Positions 47,466 through 61,204 of a stretch of DNA of 64,000 bases are shown piece after piece. This DNA comes from an uncultured euryarchaeote (GTDB lineage Archaea > Thermoplasmatota > Poseidoniia > Poseidoniales > Poseidoniaceae). Positions within the stretch are counted from its first letter, which is position 1. Every line of letters starts with the position of its first letter. The translations under genes and the position numbers were made by a program. Below the pieces are notes generated by a model. The model was not told where the DNA came from and did no database searches. It was given only the letters and a program-made list of their open reading frames with translations. The stretch lies in NCBI GenBank assembly GCA_937899865.1, contig CALBRH010000060.1, positions 18,933-82,932 of the forward strand, written 5' to 3'.

Positions 47466-48386
47466 ATGGCGAGTCGAGACCCTAGAGCCGACATCGTTGA
47501 AAACAACCCATTTCCCAAACCCAAAATCCACCGTATTCATTCTAATCAAGATAGTAATAATAGTACAATTTACACAATGGATGATTTGAAAAGCATGTTT
47601 TCAAACCCAAAACAAACAAAACCACAAACAAGAGAAGTTTGGCAATTTTCTACAATAGAAAAAGAAAATCTCACACTCGCTACTGCAGCTTTCACACTTG
47701 CTCTTGGATTTATGGCTGTTAGAGGGGTTGGTGGAGTCTCAACACTTGGCTTCAATACCTGGGCTCTCACTCTATTACTTTCTATGCCAGTATTGCTGTT
47801 AGCAGTTGGTCCAGCATTTATTCTTCATGAAATTGGTCATAAAATAGTAGCCAAAAAGAATGGTTGTTGGGCTGAATTTAGAGCAGATCCTAAAGGATTA
47901 CAATTTGGTATTATACTTTCATTTTTCTTAGGATTTCTATTTATGGCTCCAGGGGCAGTAATGGTAGCTGGGCTTGTAACTAGAAGGCAAAACGGACATA
48001 TTGCTGTAGCAGGACCTCTAACCAACCTATCATTATTCATTATTGGAATACCTTTGTGGGTCTTAATTCTAGGACTAACAGGAGCATTTGAAACATCTTC
48101 AATCCCATTATTAGAAAATGGAAGTAGAGCTTACCTTAGCGATGGTTCAATTATCTGGCAATCTATGTTAATCGATGCTGGTGTTTGGTGGCTTAGTGCA
48201 AACCTAATTCTCGGTCTATTCAATATGTTTCCTTTTGGTCCTTTAGATGGTCTTAAAGTCAAGGATTGGAATGAACAAGTATTCTATGTGGTATTTTTAA
48301 TATTCTTAATTCCTGTACTTGGAATGTTCTTGGGAATGTGGTCTCCTACAGCACTTTTAGAAAATATAGTGAATAAAATCTTCTAA
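47466..48386 (+). CDS. M50 (site-2 protease family) membrane metallopeptidase
   Basis: HEIGH, IAVAGPLTN, NMFPFGPLDG. Confidence 0.9.
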   Translation: MASRDPRADIVENNPFPKPKIHRIHSNQDSNNSTIYTMDDLKSMFSNPKQTKPQTREVWQFSTIEKENLTLATAAFTLALGFMAVRGVGGVSTLGFNTWALTLLLSMPVLLLAVGPAFILHEIGHKIVAKKNGCWAEFRADPKGLQFGIILSFFLGFLFMAPGAVMVAGLVTRRQNGHIAVAGPLTNLSLFIIGIPLWVLILGLTGAFETSSIPLLENGSRAYLSDGSIIWQSMLIDAGVWWLSANLILGLFNMFPFGPLDGLKVKDWNEQVFYVVFLIFLIPVLGMFLGMWSPTALLENIVNKIF

Positions 48387-48456
48387 TTATGCATATTAGA
48401 TTACATTTTATTCATTTTGCATAAAAACCCAACAAAACACTTTACTGAGTTGAAAT

Positions 48457-50223
48457 TCATAGATATGCATTTCTTATTGGTTGTTCATCAAGATGGAAGA
48501 ATGAATAAGTTGCCCACCAAGTAATTGTGTCAAGAGCATCAACAAGGTTACTCGTACCACTTCGCTCTTCTCCGTAATCCTTACCAGTTGTATCCATCCA
48601 ATCTATCATTTCATCAATAGTATCACAAGTCTGGTGATAACACCAATATCCATCAACTAAACCACCGAATCCCATAGTAACTGTACCAAGGTTATCTTGG
48701 AATGTAGCATGGTCGGACCTTGCTGTAGTATCTTCGTAAACAATAATCTCAGGACGATCCTTTGCTAACCAATCATCAACTTTCCAAGTAGAAGCATCAT
48801 ATCCTTCCCCAAGTAATGGCGCCATTTGCTCTTCAACACCAATAGCATCTGAACCAATCCACATTGCCAGACCAACCATTCCTGGTTGATTCATTACATC
48901 ATGGTCAAGACTTGGTCCGATGTAAACTCTCATTGGCCACACCTCAGAATCTTTAGGATATCCATCAGGGTCGATTTCAGGTTCAGGGTCACAATTACCA
49001 GCGCCGCCACCATGACCATTACCACAAGGTGCACCCCCTCCACCAGGCCAGTTAACGCCCGCCATGTCTAGATTGACATAGTTGGTAACTTCAACATCTG
49101 GATTATCTTCTTTAACCCAATAATCAGTCCAGAAATCACTTCCTCTTTTACCACCTTCTTCACCAGACCACAAACAAAACACCATTGTATTACGTGTACT
49201 ATATGCGGCCATTGCCTCAGCTACAGTCAACACCATACTAGTTCCTGCAGTATTATCATATGCTCCAACACGAGTTCCATAAGTTCGACCAAAGAGATGC
49301 GGATCAAGCATACCTCCATTTACTGGTGGAGCAATATCGAAATGAGCCCCGAAAACCATCCATTTGTTTGGATCAACTTCACCAAATCGATAACCACAGA
49401 CATTGTACGCTTCAGGGTTTTGAGCACCCGTCATCAAAGAATCATAAACGAAACGTTGCACAATCACCTCAAGGCCAAAACCTTCCATTGTCGAAATCAA
49501 ATATTGGGCAGCATCCTCGTAAGCCAAATTTCCTTGACCTGCCCACCTATCTAAATATCCTACAGCACCATCAGCAGGGTCATCTAAATCAGGGGTTTCA
49601 TCAGACATTATGTTGATGTAATTGAATACAGTTCTACCATCAACCAAACCCATTGAATGTCTTCCACCTTCAGATTCACTAAATGCAGCAGCCATTTGCC
49701 GCTTAACAGATAGTTTAGCAACTACGACAGAACCACTAGTCATATTTGAATAATCAACAGTGTTTAACGAATCGTTAACCCCATCAACCCTCATGACACT
49801 AGGATTTTCATCAGAATCATAACCCCTTCTATCAAACCAGGTTTTCCACGACTCATCAATAGAGCGAACTGGCCAAATATCTCTTCCGTATTCTCCAAGA
49901 AGGACAACTGCAGTATCAGTTCTTGGTGGAGCTAAAATACTGAGTTGAACAGATTCACCAGATTTCAAATCTACTATAGTTGAATTTTGTACAAATCCAG
50001 ACTCTTCATTAAAGATTAGATATGGAATAAAAGCCGAAAGATCCGCTTTAGCAGTAATAGTAACCCCTTGAAAAACCCCACCAGATAAAATTTGAGGAGT
50101 TATCACAACATCCCTTTCAGAGTTTATTCCACTCTCTTCAGTTTCACCAAAACAACCAGAAAAAGCAGCACTAAACATCACCAAGACGAGAAACAACGCT
50201 CTTGACGCTCCTTGGCCGGGCAT
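48457..50223 (-). CDS. M28-family aminopeptidase, probable lipoprotein
   Basis: AHFD, GAYDNTAG, GEEGG, NLDM, RSDH, YHQ; lipobox FSGC. Confidence 0.9.
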   Translation of the reverse strand: MPGQGASRALFLVLVMFSAAFSGCFGETEESGINSERDVVITPQILSGGVFQGVTITAKADLSAFIPYLIFNEESGFVQNSTIVDLKSGESVQLSILAPPRTDTAVVLLGEYGRDIWPVRSIDESWKTWFDRRGYDSDENPSVMRVDGVNDSLNTVDYSNMTSGSVVVAKLSVKRQMAAAFSESEGGRHSMGLVDGRTVFNYINIMSDETPDLDDPADGAVGYLDRWAGQGNLAYEDAAQYLISTMEGFGLEVIVQRFVYDSLMTGAQNPEAYNVCGYRFGEVDPNKWMVFGAHFDIAPPVNGGMLDPHLFGRTYGTRVGAYDNTAGTSMVLTVAEAMAAYSTRNTMVFCLWSGEEGGKRGSDFWTDYWVKEDNPDVEVTNYVNLDMAGVNWPGGGGAPCGNGHGGGAGNCDPEPEIDPDGYPKDSEVWPMRVYIGPSLDHDVMNQPGMVGLAMWIGSDAIGVEEQMAPLLGEGYDASTWKVDDWLAKDRPEIIVYEDTTARSDHATFQDNLGTVTMGFGGLVDGYWCYHQTCDTIDEMIDWMDTTGKDYGEERSGTSNLVDALDTITWWATYSFFHLDEQPIRNAYL

Positions 50224-50473
50224 ATCCGAGCCTAACTATGCCTATTTCTCAAACCATCGGTTCAATGTTAAAATTTTAAACAATTGATTTATGTACTAGC
50301 ATGTACAATATATTATTGATAGTATGATAGTTGTATCAACTAAAATTTATTGCAAGAAAAGAACTGCTAAGAAAACAAAAACACGCATCCCTTACTTATG
50401 GGCTAATAATGTAATAATTGATGAGAATGACACCTCATGCCCTTTAATTGAAGGATAGCCTTGAAGCTAAAAC

Positions 50474-51148
50474 TTACTCTTCTTCACTACTTTTTTCATT
50501 CCAAATACTTAATGAAACAACAACCAAACCAATTGCTGAAATAACCATCAATGCTGAAATCAAATCCTTTTTGGAGTTACTATCACTACTCTCCAACTCT
50601 TCAACATCCTCACATCCTGCACCAAAACAGTCACCAACACTTGGAATCCCACCTTCTTCATGGATATCAACTCCAACAAAAATTGTGTTAACCCAAAAAT
50701 CAGTATGGCTACCATTTATCATTCTTTCAACTTGATAACTGTAAATTCCAGAACCATTTGTACCATTAAAATAGAATACGTCGGATTCAACACATTCCGA
50801 ATTCAATAGAGTTCCATTTTCATCATATTGACAATCAAATACCAACCATGGTGAAAAATAATCAATACTCTCATTGAAAGCACCATCATCATCAATATCA
50901 ATACTTACTCGGATTGTTGAATTATTAGTACTGTCACCCATTTTGAATTTCACACCATCTCCTGCTACAAAACCAGCGGTTTCCAAAACATCTTTCGGTA
51001 CTGGGCCATCTTCTTTCAAAATAGACATCATTACATTAGGGGTGTGTGCTTGAACGGTAATACAAGGGCTCATCAGAATGAATAAAATTCCAACTACCCA
51101 TACACGCAAATTATCGCCCCCCGCTGATTTAATCCAAATCATCATCAC
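50474..51148 (-). CDS. Hypothetical exported protein with C-terminal TM anchor
   Basis: Signal-like hydrophobic N-terminus, Cys pairs, C-terminal TM; start uncertain. Confidence 0.65.
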   Translation of the reverse strand: MMMIWIKSAGGDNLRVWVVGILFILMSPCITVQAHTPNVMMSILKEDGPVPKDVLETAGFVAGDGVKFKMGDSTNNSTIRVSIDIDDDGAFNESIDYFSPWLVFDCQYDENGTLLNSECVESDVFYFNGTNGSGIYSYQVERMINGSHTDFWVNTIFVGVDIHEEGGIPSVGDCFGAGCEDVEELESSDSNSKKDLISALMVISAIGLVVVSLSIWNEKSSEEE

Positions 51149-51183
51149 ATAAAGTCAAAACGGACAATAGGTTGGCATTAACC

Positions 51184-52974
51184 ATGCGGGGCAAGGAAAT
51201 AGCACTCTCCTTCTTCCTAGTTTTACTGATGATATCAAGTGCGTTGTATATTTTTTCAGGTGATGAAGAATTAACTACAAGCCCGAAATCAATTGTTTTT
51301 GATAGTGAAGACCCTTTATTCCAACACGAAGGACACGACCACTCTAATGCTTCACAACACATGGTTGGGACTGATAATTTTGAACAGTTAGATTTCAATC
51401 CTTTAACCACAAATGGTAATGCTGAAGTGCAAGTTGCATCAACTCCAGATGGTGAAACTTATGCTTACTTAGCTGGATGGAATGACATGCATATTGTTGA
51501 TGTAACAGACCCTGAAAATACAGTAGTAACTGGAAAATACACCGACCCAAATACACAGGTGTTAGATGTAAAATATATCGAATACAATGGTAGAGAATAT
51601 ATTGTACAGCAGAATCAATTAATCGATCCAGGATATGCAGATCCAAACGTTGGTGAATGGAGTGACCCAGCCCAAGTTTCTGTTACACTAATCGATGTAA
51701 CTGACAAAGAAAATCCAACTTGGGTTGATTCATGGTATGATGTTGACCACCCAAGTGGGCCACACAATCTTTACACTCATATGATAGATGGAGAATGGTA
51801 TCTATTTGTTGCCAATCCAGATTATGAAAACTGTAATGATGCTATCGATGAAGCATGCGGAGGCGTAACTATTGCACATCTAAATCTCGATGGTTCTGCT
51901 GCAAGAAATATCCCTGGTGTTCCAGGTTCTGGTTTAGGCCATACAATCATCAAAGTTGGAGAGTATGAAGTTGCTTGGGAGCACACTAGAGGAGGCTGGA
52001 TATACATTCACGATATGACCGTCCAACTATGGCCGGGAGACGACCCAACAGACCCTAGATATGGTAGGACATTCATCTATGGAAGTTATTGGGAAGCAGG
52101 TCTTAGAATTGGAGACGTGACAGACGTCCCACACCCAGTAAATTCACCTGAAGAATATGCAATACATGCAACACTGTGTAAAACAGGACAAGGAAATCCA
52201 GTTCAATGTAGGTGGCGTGCTGAAGAAGTCGGTTTGTGGATGGACTTCCTTGATTTAGATGAAGATGGCCAACCAGATAGCGGGACCACTGGAAATGAAA
52301 ATGGTGGCAGAGTTTCATACATACATTATGCAGAACCGTTTCCAGAAATGTTAGACATGTCTCATCTCGGATATTCAGATGAACCAGTCCATGTTACCAC
52401 TGCTGCAGTTGAAGTTTTATCAACTTCAGTTGGTACAGGAATAATTTACCTCTTAGACACTACAGATTATACATATTATGATGGCCAATTACGATTCCAA
52501 CCTAAATTAATCAGAGATTGGGAAATTCCATGGGCGGAAGACCATTGTTATGGTGCAGATTGTGAGATAAACCCCGACCCAGATGAATGGCTATTATTTT
52601 CACCACACAATTTAGATAGCGCTTATTTCGTTACCGACGAATCTACCGATCAAAGCCATGGAGGTGGTTGGGATGGGCGGTTGTATATTTCTCACTACCA
52701 TGCAGGATTATGGGTATTAGATATCGAAACCCTAGTCTCTCCAACAGATCCAGATGATAGAATTGGCACTTATGCAGAAGCTACGATTGGTTGGTTCCTT
52801 CCCCACGGAGATGATGGAATAGTCCTTGAATCTGATTTTTATGAATTTTCATGGGTGCCATTTTTATGGGCGGTTGAACATCATAATGGAATTACTTACG
52901 CGTCCTGTATTTCAACTGGTTTGTATGTTGTGCAACTAGATATTGATATACCATATATTGGAACAATTGTCTGA
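51184..52974 (+). CDS. Exported LVIVD-repeat-like beta-propeller protein
   Basis: Repeats MHIVDVTDPEN, VTLIDVTDKENP, LRIGDVTD, YLLDTTD, LWVLDI; YGSYWEAG and YHAG blades; N-terminal TM. Confidence 0.72.
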   Translation: MRGKEIALSFFLVLLMISSALYIFSGDEELTTSPKSIVFDSEDPLFQHEGHDHSNASQHMVGTDNFEQLDFNPLTTNGNAEVQVASTPDGETYAYLAGWNDMHIVDVTDPENTVVTGKYTDPNTQVLDVKYIEYNGREYIVQQNQLIDPGYADPNVGEWSDPAQVSVTLIDVTDKENPTWVDSWYDVDHPSGPHNLYTHMIDGEWYLFVANPDYENCNDAIDEACGGVTIAHLNLDGSAARNIPGVPGSGLGHTIIKVGEYEVAWEHTRGGWIYIHDMTVQLWPGDDPTDPRYGRTFIYGSYWEAGLRIGDVTDVPHPVNSPEEYAIHATLCKTGQGNPVQCRWRAEEVGLWMDFLDLDEDGQPDSGTTGNENGGRVSYIHYAEPFPEMLDMSHLGYSDEPVHVTTAAVEVLSTSVGTGIIYLLDTTDYTYYDGQLRFQPKLIRDWEIPWAEDHCYGADCEINPDPDEWLLFSPHNLDSAYFVTDESTDQSHGGGWDGRLYISHYHAGLWVLDIETLVSPTDPDDRIGTYAEATIGWFLPHGDDGIVLESDFYEFSWVPFLWAVEHHNGITYASCISTGLYVVQLDIDIPYIGTIV

Positions 52975-52983
52975 GGTGAGTTG

Positions 52984-53649
52984 ATGAAAAAAAGATTAAT
53001 TACGCTAACAATTTGCTTAATGTTCATTCTACCAGGATGCATAAATTCTGATGATAATACAGAATCTATTTTCCATGGTGATTTAATTTCATCAGGTAAG
53101 GAAATAACCGATTTTAATTTACTTACTAGCGAAAACACATCTTATAATTTCAAACAAAACACAGAAGGAAAGGTAACAGTAATAGCCTTCTTATTCACTA
53201 ATTGTTACGATATTTGCCCAGTTGTAACATATAATCTAAGATATATTCACGAAAGTCTAAACGAATCTCAACTTGAAAAATTAGAGTTCCTTACAATCAC
53301 AGTAGATCCTTGGAGAGATAACACAACCATATTGGAAGAATGGAAACAATCGACCAAATCTAACTGGACTCATTTAACAGTAGCAGACACTCAACCAAAC
53401 TCTCCCGAAATGTCAACCCTAGCGCAGGTTTGGACAGATTTTGATGTTGGATTTAAAATTGAAGAAAACACCAACGAATCAAATACTTCAGCCAGACATC
53501 ATCCTTCTTCTTATGATTACAATATTGCCCATTCTACAGGGACGGTGATAATTGACCATGAAGGAAATCAACGGATTTGGTGGGGAGATTATGATTGGAT
53601 TATCGATTTAGTTAAAGAAGATATATTGAATCTAGTCTCTGAGATTTAA
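52984..53649 (+). CDS. SCO1/SenC-family copper chaperone, probable lipoprotein
   Basis: FTNCYDICP (CxxxC), ITVDPWRD, IAHST; lipobox LPGC; SD GAGGTGA. Confidence 0.9.
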   Translation: MKKRLITLTICLMFILPGCINSDDNTESIFHGDLISSGKEITDFNLLTSENTSYNFKQNTEGKVTVIAFLFTNCYDICPVVTYNLRYIHESLNESQLEKLEFLTITVDPWRDNTTILEEWKQSTKSNWTHLTVADTQPNSPEMSTLAQVWTDFDVGFKIEENTNESNTSARHHPSSYDYNIAHSTGTVIIDHEGNQRIWWGDYDWIIDLVKEDILNLVSEI

Positions 53650-53734
53650 ACCGAGATAACGAATTTCCGGATTCAAGAAACTGATTACCAGTATTGGGCT
53701 AAGCATTAAGTGGGGACAACTTTCGGATTTACAC

Positions 53735-54544
53735 ATGGCAACGGTTCGTTTGGACCAAAAACAAAGGGCGCTGATAAGAGCCATACCCGATTCTTATCAT
53801 TCCGCCTTAGCCAACTTTTTTGGTAGCGGACCCAAAGATATCGAACTTGCCAGAAAACAACATTCTGATTACAAAAACACACTTGAAGATGCAGGAATTA
53901 GTGTTGTAATGCTTGATGCTGATGAGAATCATCCAGACTGTCTTTTTGTTGAAGACCAAGCCGTGATTATTGACGGACGAGTACTGCTCCCAGTCCCAGG
54001 CCACCCTTCAAGGGTAAATGAGCAACCACCGATTTCTAATTTCCTAGTTACTGAAATGGGCGGCGCACAAGTATGTAGGATGAGCGGAGATGCAAGAATG
54101 GATGGAGGAGACATCTTACGTTTAGGAGATTTATTTTTTGTTGGACGCTCAACACGAACCAATGATTTAGGGATAGAAGAATTACGAGATCTACTATCTC
54201 ACTTAGGCCATGAACTAAGGGTAATCGACATCCCTGAACACGCTCTTCATCTAACTAGCATAGCATCCACTCCTACAGATGAAGTAATTTTAGCCCCTGA
54301 AGGCTATCTACCAAAGGATGCATTTGGAGAGTTACCAGAAGGATCCCGAGTGATTTGGATGCCTGAAGAAGAAACCTATGGCTGCAATACTATTGGTCTT
54401 CCTGGCGGTAAAGTATTAGTTGCTAAAGGGTATCCTACAGTAGAAAAAACTCTTATTGAATTAGGACTTGACATTATCACTTTAGATTTCAGTGAAATAC
54501 GAGCTGCCGACGGTTCACTGACGTGCTGCTCACTATTTTATTGA
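53735..54544 (+). CDS. Dimethylarginine dimethylaminohydrolase / amidinotransferase family
   Basis: PDCLFVED, MDGGD, GRSTRTN, LHL, GSLTCCS. Confidence 0.88.
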   Translation: MATVRLDQKQRALIRAIPDSYHSALANFFGSGPKDIELARKQHSDYKNTLEDAGISVVMLDADENHPDCLFVEDQAVIIDGRVLLPVPGHPSRVNEQPPISNFLVTEMGGAQVCRMSGDARMDGGDILRLGDLFFVGRSTRTNDLGIEELRDLLSHLGHELRVIDIPEHALHLTSIASTPTDEVILAPEGYLPKDAFGELPEGSRVIWMPEEETYGCNTIGLPGGKVLVAKGYPTVEKTLIELGLDIITLDFSEIRAADGSLTCCSLFY

Positions 54545-54553
54545 ATAATCAAT

Positions 54554-54928
54554 TCAAAAATTAGTTAGCCAACTAACTATAATCGCTTCCAAATCATCCA
54601 TAGTTGAACAAATTACGAGATCATTTTCAAAACAATTTTGACCAATTAAATCGTTTAATATCACACCATCAACACTTGCTGATAATTGTAAAGTGATCTC
54701 ATGGCGAGAATATATTCCAACTTCAAAAACAATCTCTAATTCTTGCATAGTTAATTGCTTAAATTTCTCAGAGAAAATAAATGAGCAGAAATCTTTCACG
54801 CTTAAGAAAGAACATAACATTGACAGAGTACCAACCAATTCTTGAACTTCTTCTTCTAATTTAGTAACCCCTTCACTTTCGATAGATTTGATGACAAGGG
54901 TTAGTACAGGGGTATTTGTTTCTACCAA
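54554..54928 (-). CDS. Hypothetical protein
   Basis: 124-aa ORF filling the gap, TTG start overlapping the SDR stop; no recognisable motif. Confidence 0.4.
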   Translation of the reverse strand: MVETNTPVLTLVIKSIESEGVTKLEEEVQELVGTLSMLCSFLSVKDFCSFIFSEKFKQLTMQELEIVFEVGIYSRHEITLQLSASVDGVILNDLIGQNCFENDLVICSTMDDLEAIIVSWLTNF

Positions 54929-55599
54929 GGCAAATCAACACCATCATATTGCACAAAACGTCCAGAACTATCAAGTGAATGCGAGTAGATCAACTCCAAC
55001 ATTCCTTCAACACTGTCACTTAATTCAACAGGAGCATGTTCGCCCCCCATCCTCGTTTTTACCCAACCAGGGTGGAGAATCAAAAATGAAATATTATCTT
55101 TCAAAGCCTCCTTTTTCATCGCAACACTCAACATGTTAAGGGCCGTCTTTGACGCCCGATAAGCATAAGATCTACCAGAGTGACAATCATCTATTGAACC
55201 CATCAAACTACTAATCATAGCTACAGTAGTTAACGAGTCATGACTCATCTTGTCATAAAATTCCTTCACCATTCGAACCGGCCCAACAGAATTTATATCC
55301 AAAACCTCCAACATCCACCGGTCATCTATTTCCTTGATATTCCTCCAGCGACCATCAGGAACGCCCGCATTATTAATTAATAAATCAATAGAAGAATCAA
55401 CACTTTCTACAAATTTCTTGATAGATTCATTACAAGTAACATCTAATTTATGGCAAGATAGGTTATCATTTTCGATTAGATCGAGCCTATGCATATCAGA
55501 ACGATACCCAGCATAAACTCGCCAACCATCTTCTAATAGTCTAACCACGAACTCAGAACCTATTCCTCTACTAGCGCCAGTAACGACTGCAGTACGCAT
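54922..55599 (-). CDS. Short-chain dehydrogenase (CsgA/C-factor-like)
   Basis: TGASRGIG, INNAG, YRASK, LHPGWVKTRMGG. Confidence 0.9.
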   Translation of the reverse strand: MRTAVVTGASRGIGSEFVVRLLEDGWRVYAGYRSDMHRLDLIENDNLSCHKLDVTCNESIKKFVESVDSSIDLLINNAGVPDGRWRNIKEIDDRWMLEVLDINSVGPVRMVKEFYDKMSHDSLTTVAMISSLMGSIDDCHSGRSYAYRASKTALNMLSVAMKKEALKDNISFLILHPGWVKTRMGGEHAPVELSDSVEGMLELIYSHSLDSSGRFVQYDGVDLPW

Positions 55600-55653
55600 A
55601 TCACACCGTTATATTGCACGACTTTTAATCTTGCACAGTATTGACAATTTCAC

Positions 55654-57831
<2,178 letters not shown>

Positions 57832-57870
57832 TTATAAAACATTAATGATAAACAATTCCAAAATTAAAAA

Positions 57871-58212
57871 TCACCATTCAACATCAAATTCATCACCAAC
57901 AGATGAAGATGGCTTATCAAGAACAGAAACAACCTTTTCTTGGATTACTTCAACCTCATTCACTTCTTCTTCATCTTTTACTTCGATCGGCGAATCGATA
58001 ATTTCCTTTGTTGCTTTTATTGGTTTGACAACAACAGTGCCGGTTTGATTTTCAGAAGAATATTTTTCTTGATATATTATTTTCTTTTTCTCTTCAATAT
58101 CCTTTTTCAATTCCTTTTTAGGTAAATTAAAATGCTCTTCACCAATTTTCATTTCAGAGAAATTTTTTTCCAATATATCTTCAAGTTCGGGAACGGACTT
58201 ATCATTGGCCAT
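57871..58212 (-). CDS. Hypothetical acidic low-complexity protein
   Basis: 113 aa, E/K-rich, ends GDEFDVEW. Confidence 0.55.
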   Translation of the reverse strand: MANDKSVPELEDILEKNFSEMKIGEEHFNLPKKELKKDIEEKKKIIYQEKYSSENQTGTVVVKPIKATKEIIDSPIEVKDEEEVNEVEVIQEKVVSVLDKPSSSVGDEFDVEW

Positions 58213-58303
58213 GTAATGACATCAGATTATCACACAAGAAATCTTTGATTAGATGTCTAACTTCAAGACAGACCTTCATGAAGTATTAGCCTTAGGCAGT
58301 TTC

Positions 58304-59437
58304 ATGCGCGTAGGCATCGTTGTAAATCCCGATGCGGGTTTGGGCGGTAAATTAGGCTTCAAAGGTAGCGATGGCCGAGCAGAAGAAGCAAGAAACGCAG
58401 GAGCTCAAGATCGCGCTGGACCAAGAATGCAACAATGTTTAAACAAATTTTCCGATTTACTAAACTCATCATTAAATCGCTCTAAAGTGATACCAGAACT
58501 ATATTCTTGGGAAGGTAGGATGGGAGGAGATTGGATTAACAATGATTATCAATCCATAGGCAAAACACCTGATATAACTAATGCAGAAGATACTGGGGGG
58601 TTAGTAAAACAATTAATCGCGTTAGAAATAGACGTAATTTTGTATGCTGGAGGCGACGGCACAACAAGAGATATCGTAAACGCACTTGGCGAAGTTAAAA
58701 TTCCATTAATCGGAGTTCCAGGCGGTGTAAAGATGCACTCTGGGTGCTTTGCTACAACACCTAATGCTGCCGCAGAAGTATTATTCTCATTTGTTATTGG
58801 GGACTTAACTTCATCAATTACTGAAGTTATGGACTTAGATGAAGAAGTGTATCTTACTGGTCAATGGAAAGTTAGAATGTATGGTGAAGCACTAACTCCA
58901 GCAAGCCCGAGATACATACAAGGGGCTAAGCAACAGGTTGAACGTTCATCTGAAGAAGAGATAATCGAAGGATTGGCCAATCATCTTGATGAATTAATTA
59001 ACAATAACCCAGATCTAATGGTCGTTTGGGGAAGCGGAGGAACCTTGACTTTAATTGGGCAATTAATCGGCTATGAGCTAACATTACTGGGTATCGATAT
59101 TCAACATCAAAATCAGATACATAAAGATCTCAACGAACAAGAATTAATTCAAATTCTTTCATCCCACCAAGGTGAAAAATTACTACTTTTATCCCCTATG
59201 GGTGGTCAAGGATTTTTGATAGGCAGGGGCAATTTACAATTATCACCGGAAGTGCTACGATTGATTGGTATTGAATCAATATTAGGTGTTGCAACACCGG
59301 CCAAATTAATCGGGTTGTCAAATGTTAGAATTGATACTGGTGAAGACTCATTAGATGAAGAATTTAGAGCCAAAAAATTTGTTAAAATGCTGCAAGGTTA
59401 TAGGACAACTAGAGTAATTAGAGTCTCAGATATTTAA
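58304..59437 (+). CDS. ATP-NAD kinase family protein (COG3199-like)
   Basis: VNPDAGLGG, GGDGT, GVPGGVKMHSG, GGQGFLIGRGNLQ; ATG 58304 preferred. Confidence 0.88.
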   Translation: MRVGIVVNPDAGLGGKLGFKGSDGRAEEARNAGAQDRAGPRMQQCLNKFSDLLNSSLNRSKVIPELYSWEGRMGGDWINNDYQSIGKTPDITNAEDTGGLVKQLIALEIDVILYAGGDGTTRDIVNALGEVKIPLIGVPGGVKMHSGCFATTPNAAAEVLFSFVIGDLTSSITEVMDLDEEVYLTGQWKVRMYGEALTPASPRYIQGAKQQVERSSEEEIIEGLANHLDELINNNPDLMVVWGSGGTLTLIGQLIGYELTLLGIDIQHQNQIHKDLNEQELIQILSSHQGEKLLLLSPMGGQGFLIGRGNLQLSPEVLRLIGIESILGVATPAKLIGLSNVRIDTGEDSLDEEFRAKKFVKMLQGYRTTRVIRVSDI

Positions 59438-61096
<1,659 letters not shown>

Positions 61097-61204
61097 TTAC
61101 CACCGATGCCTCCTTAATCAAGATATCCGAGAAATCAATACTTTGGCATTTTATTTTCATACTTTTATAGCGAATTATCAATAGGTGTCTATTTTGTCAT
61201 TATA

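Noticed and set aside
50224-50473. Short palindromes in an AT-rich intergenic region (TTAAAATTTTAA, CAATA-TAT-TATTG, TGATA-GTTG-TATCA)
   Set aside because: Short, mutually unrelated and expected by chance at this base composition.
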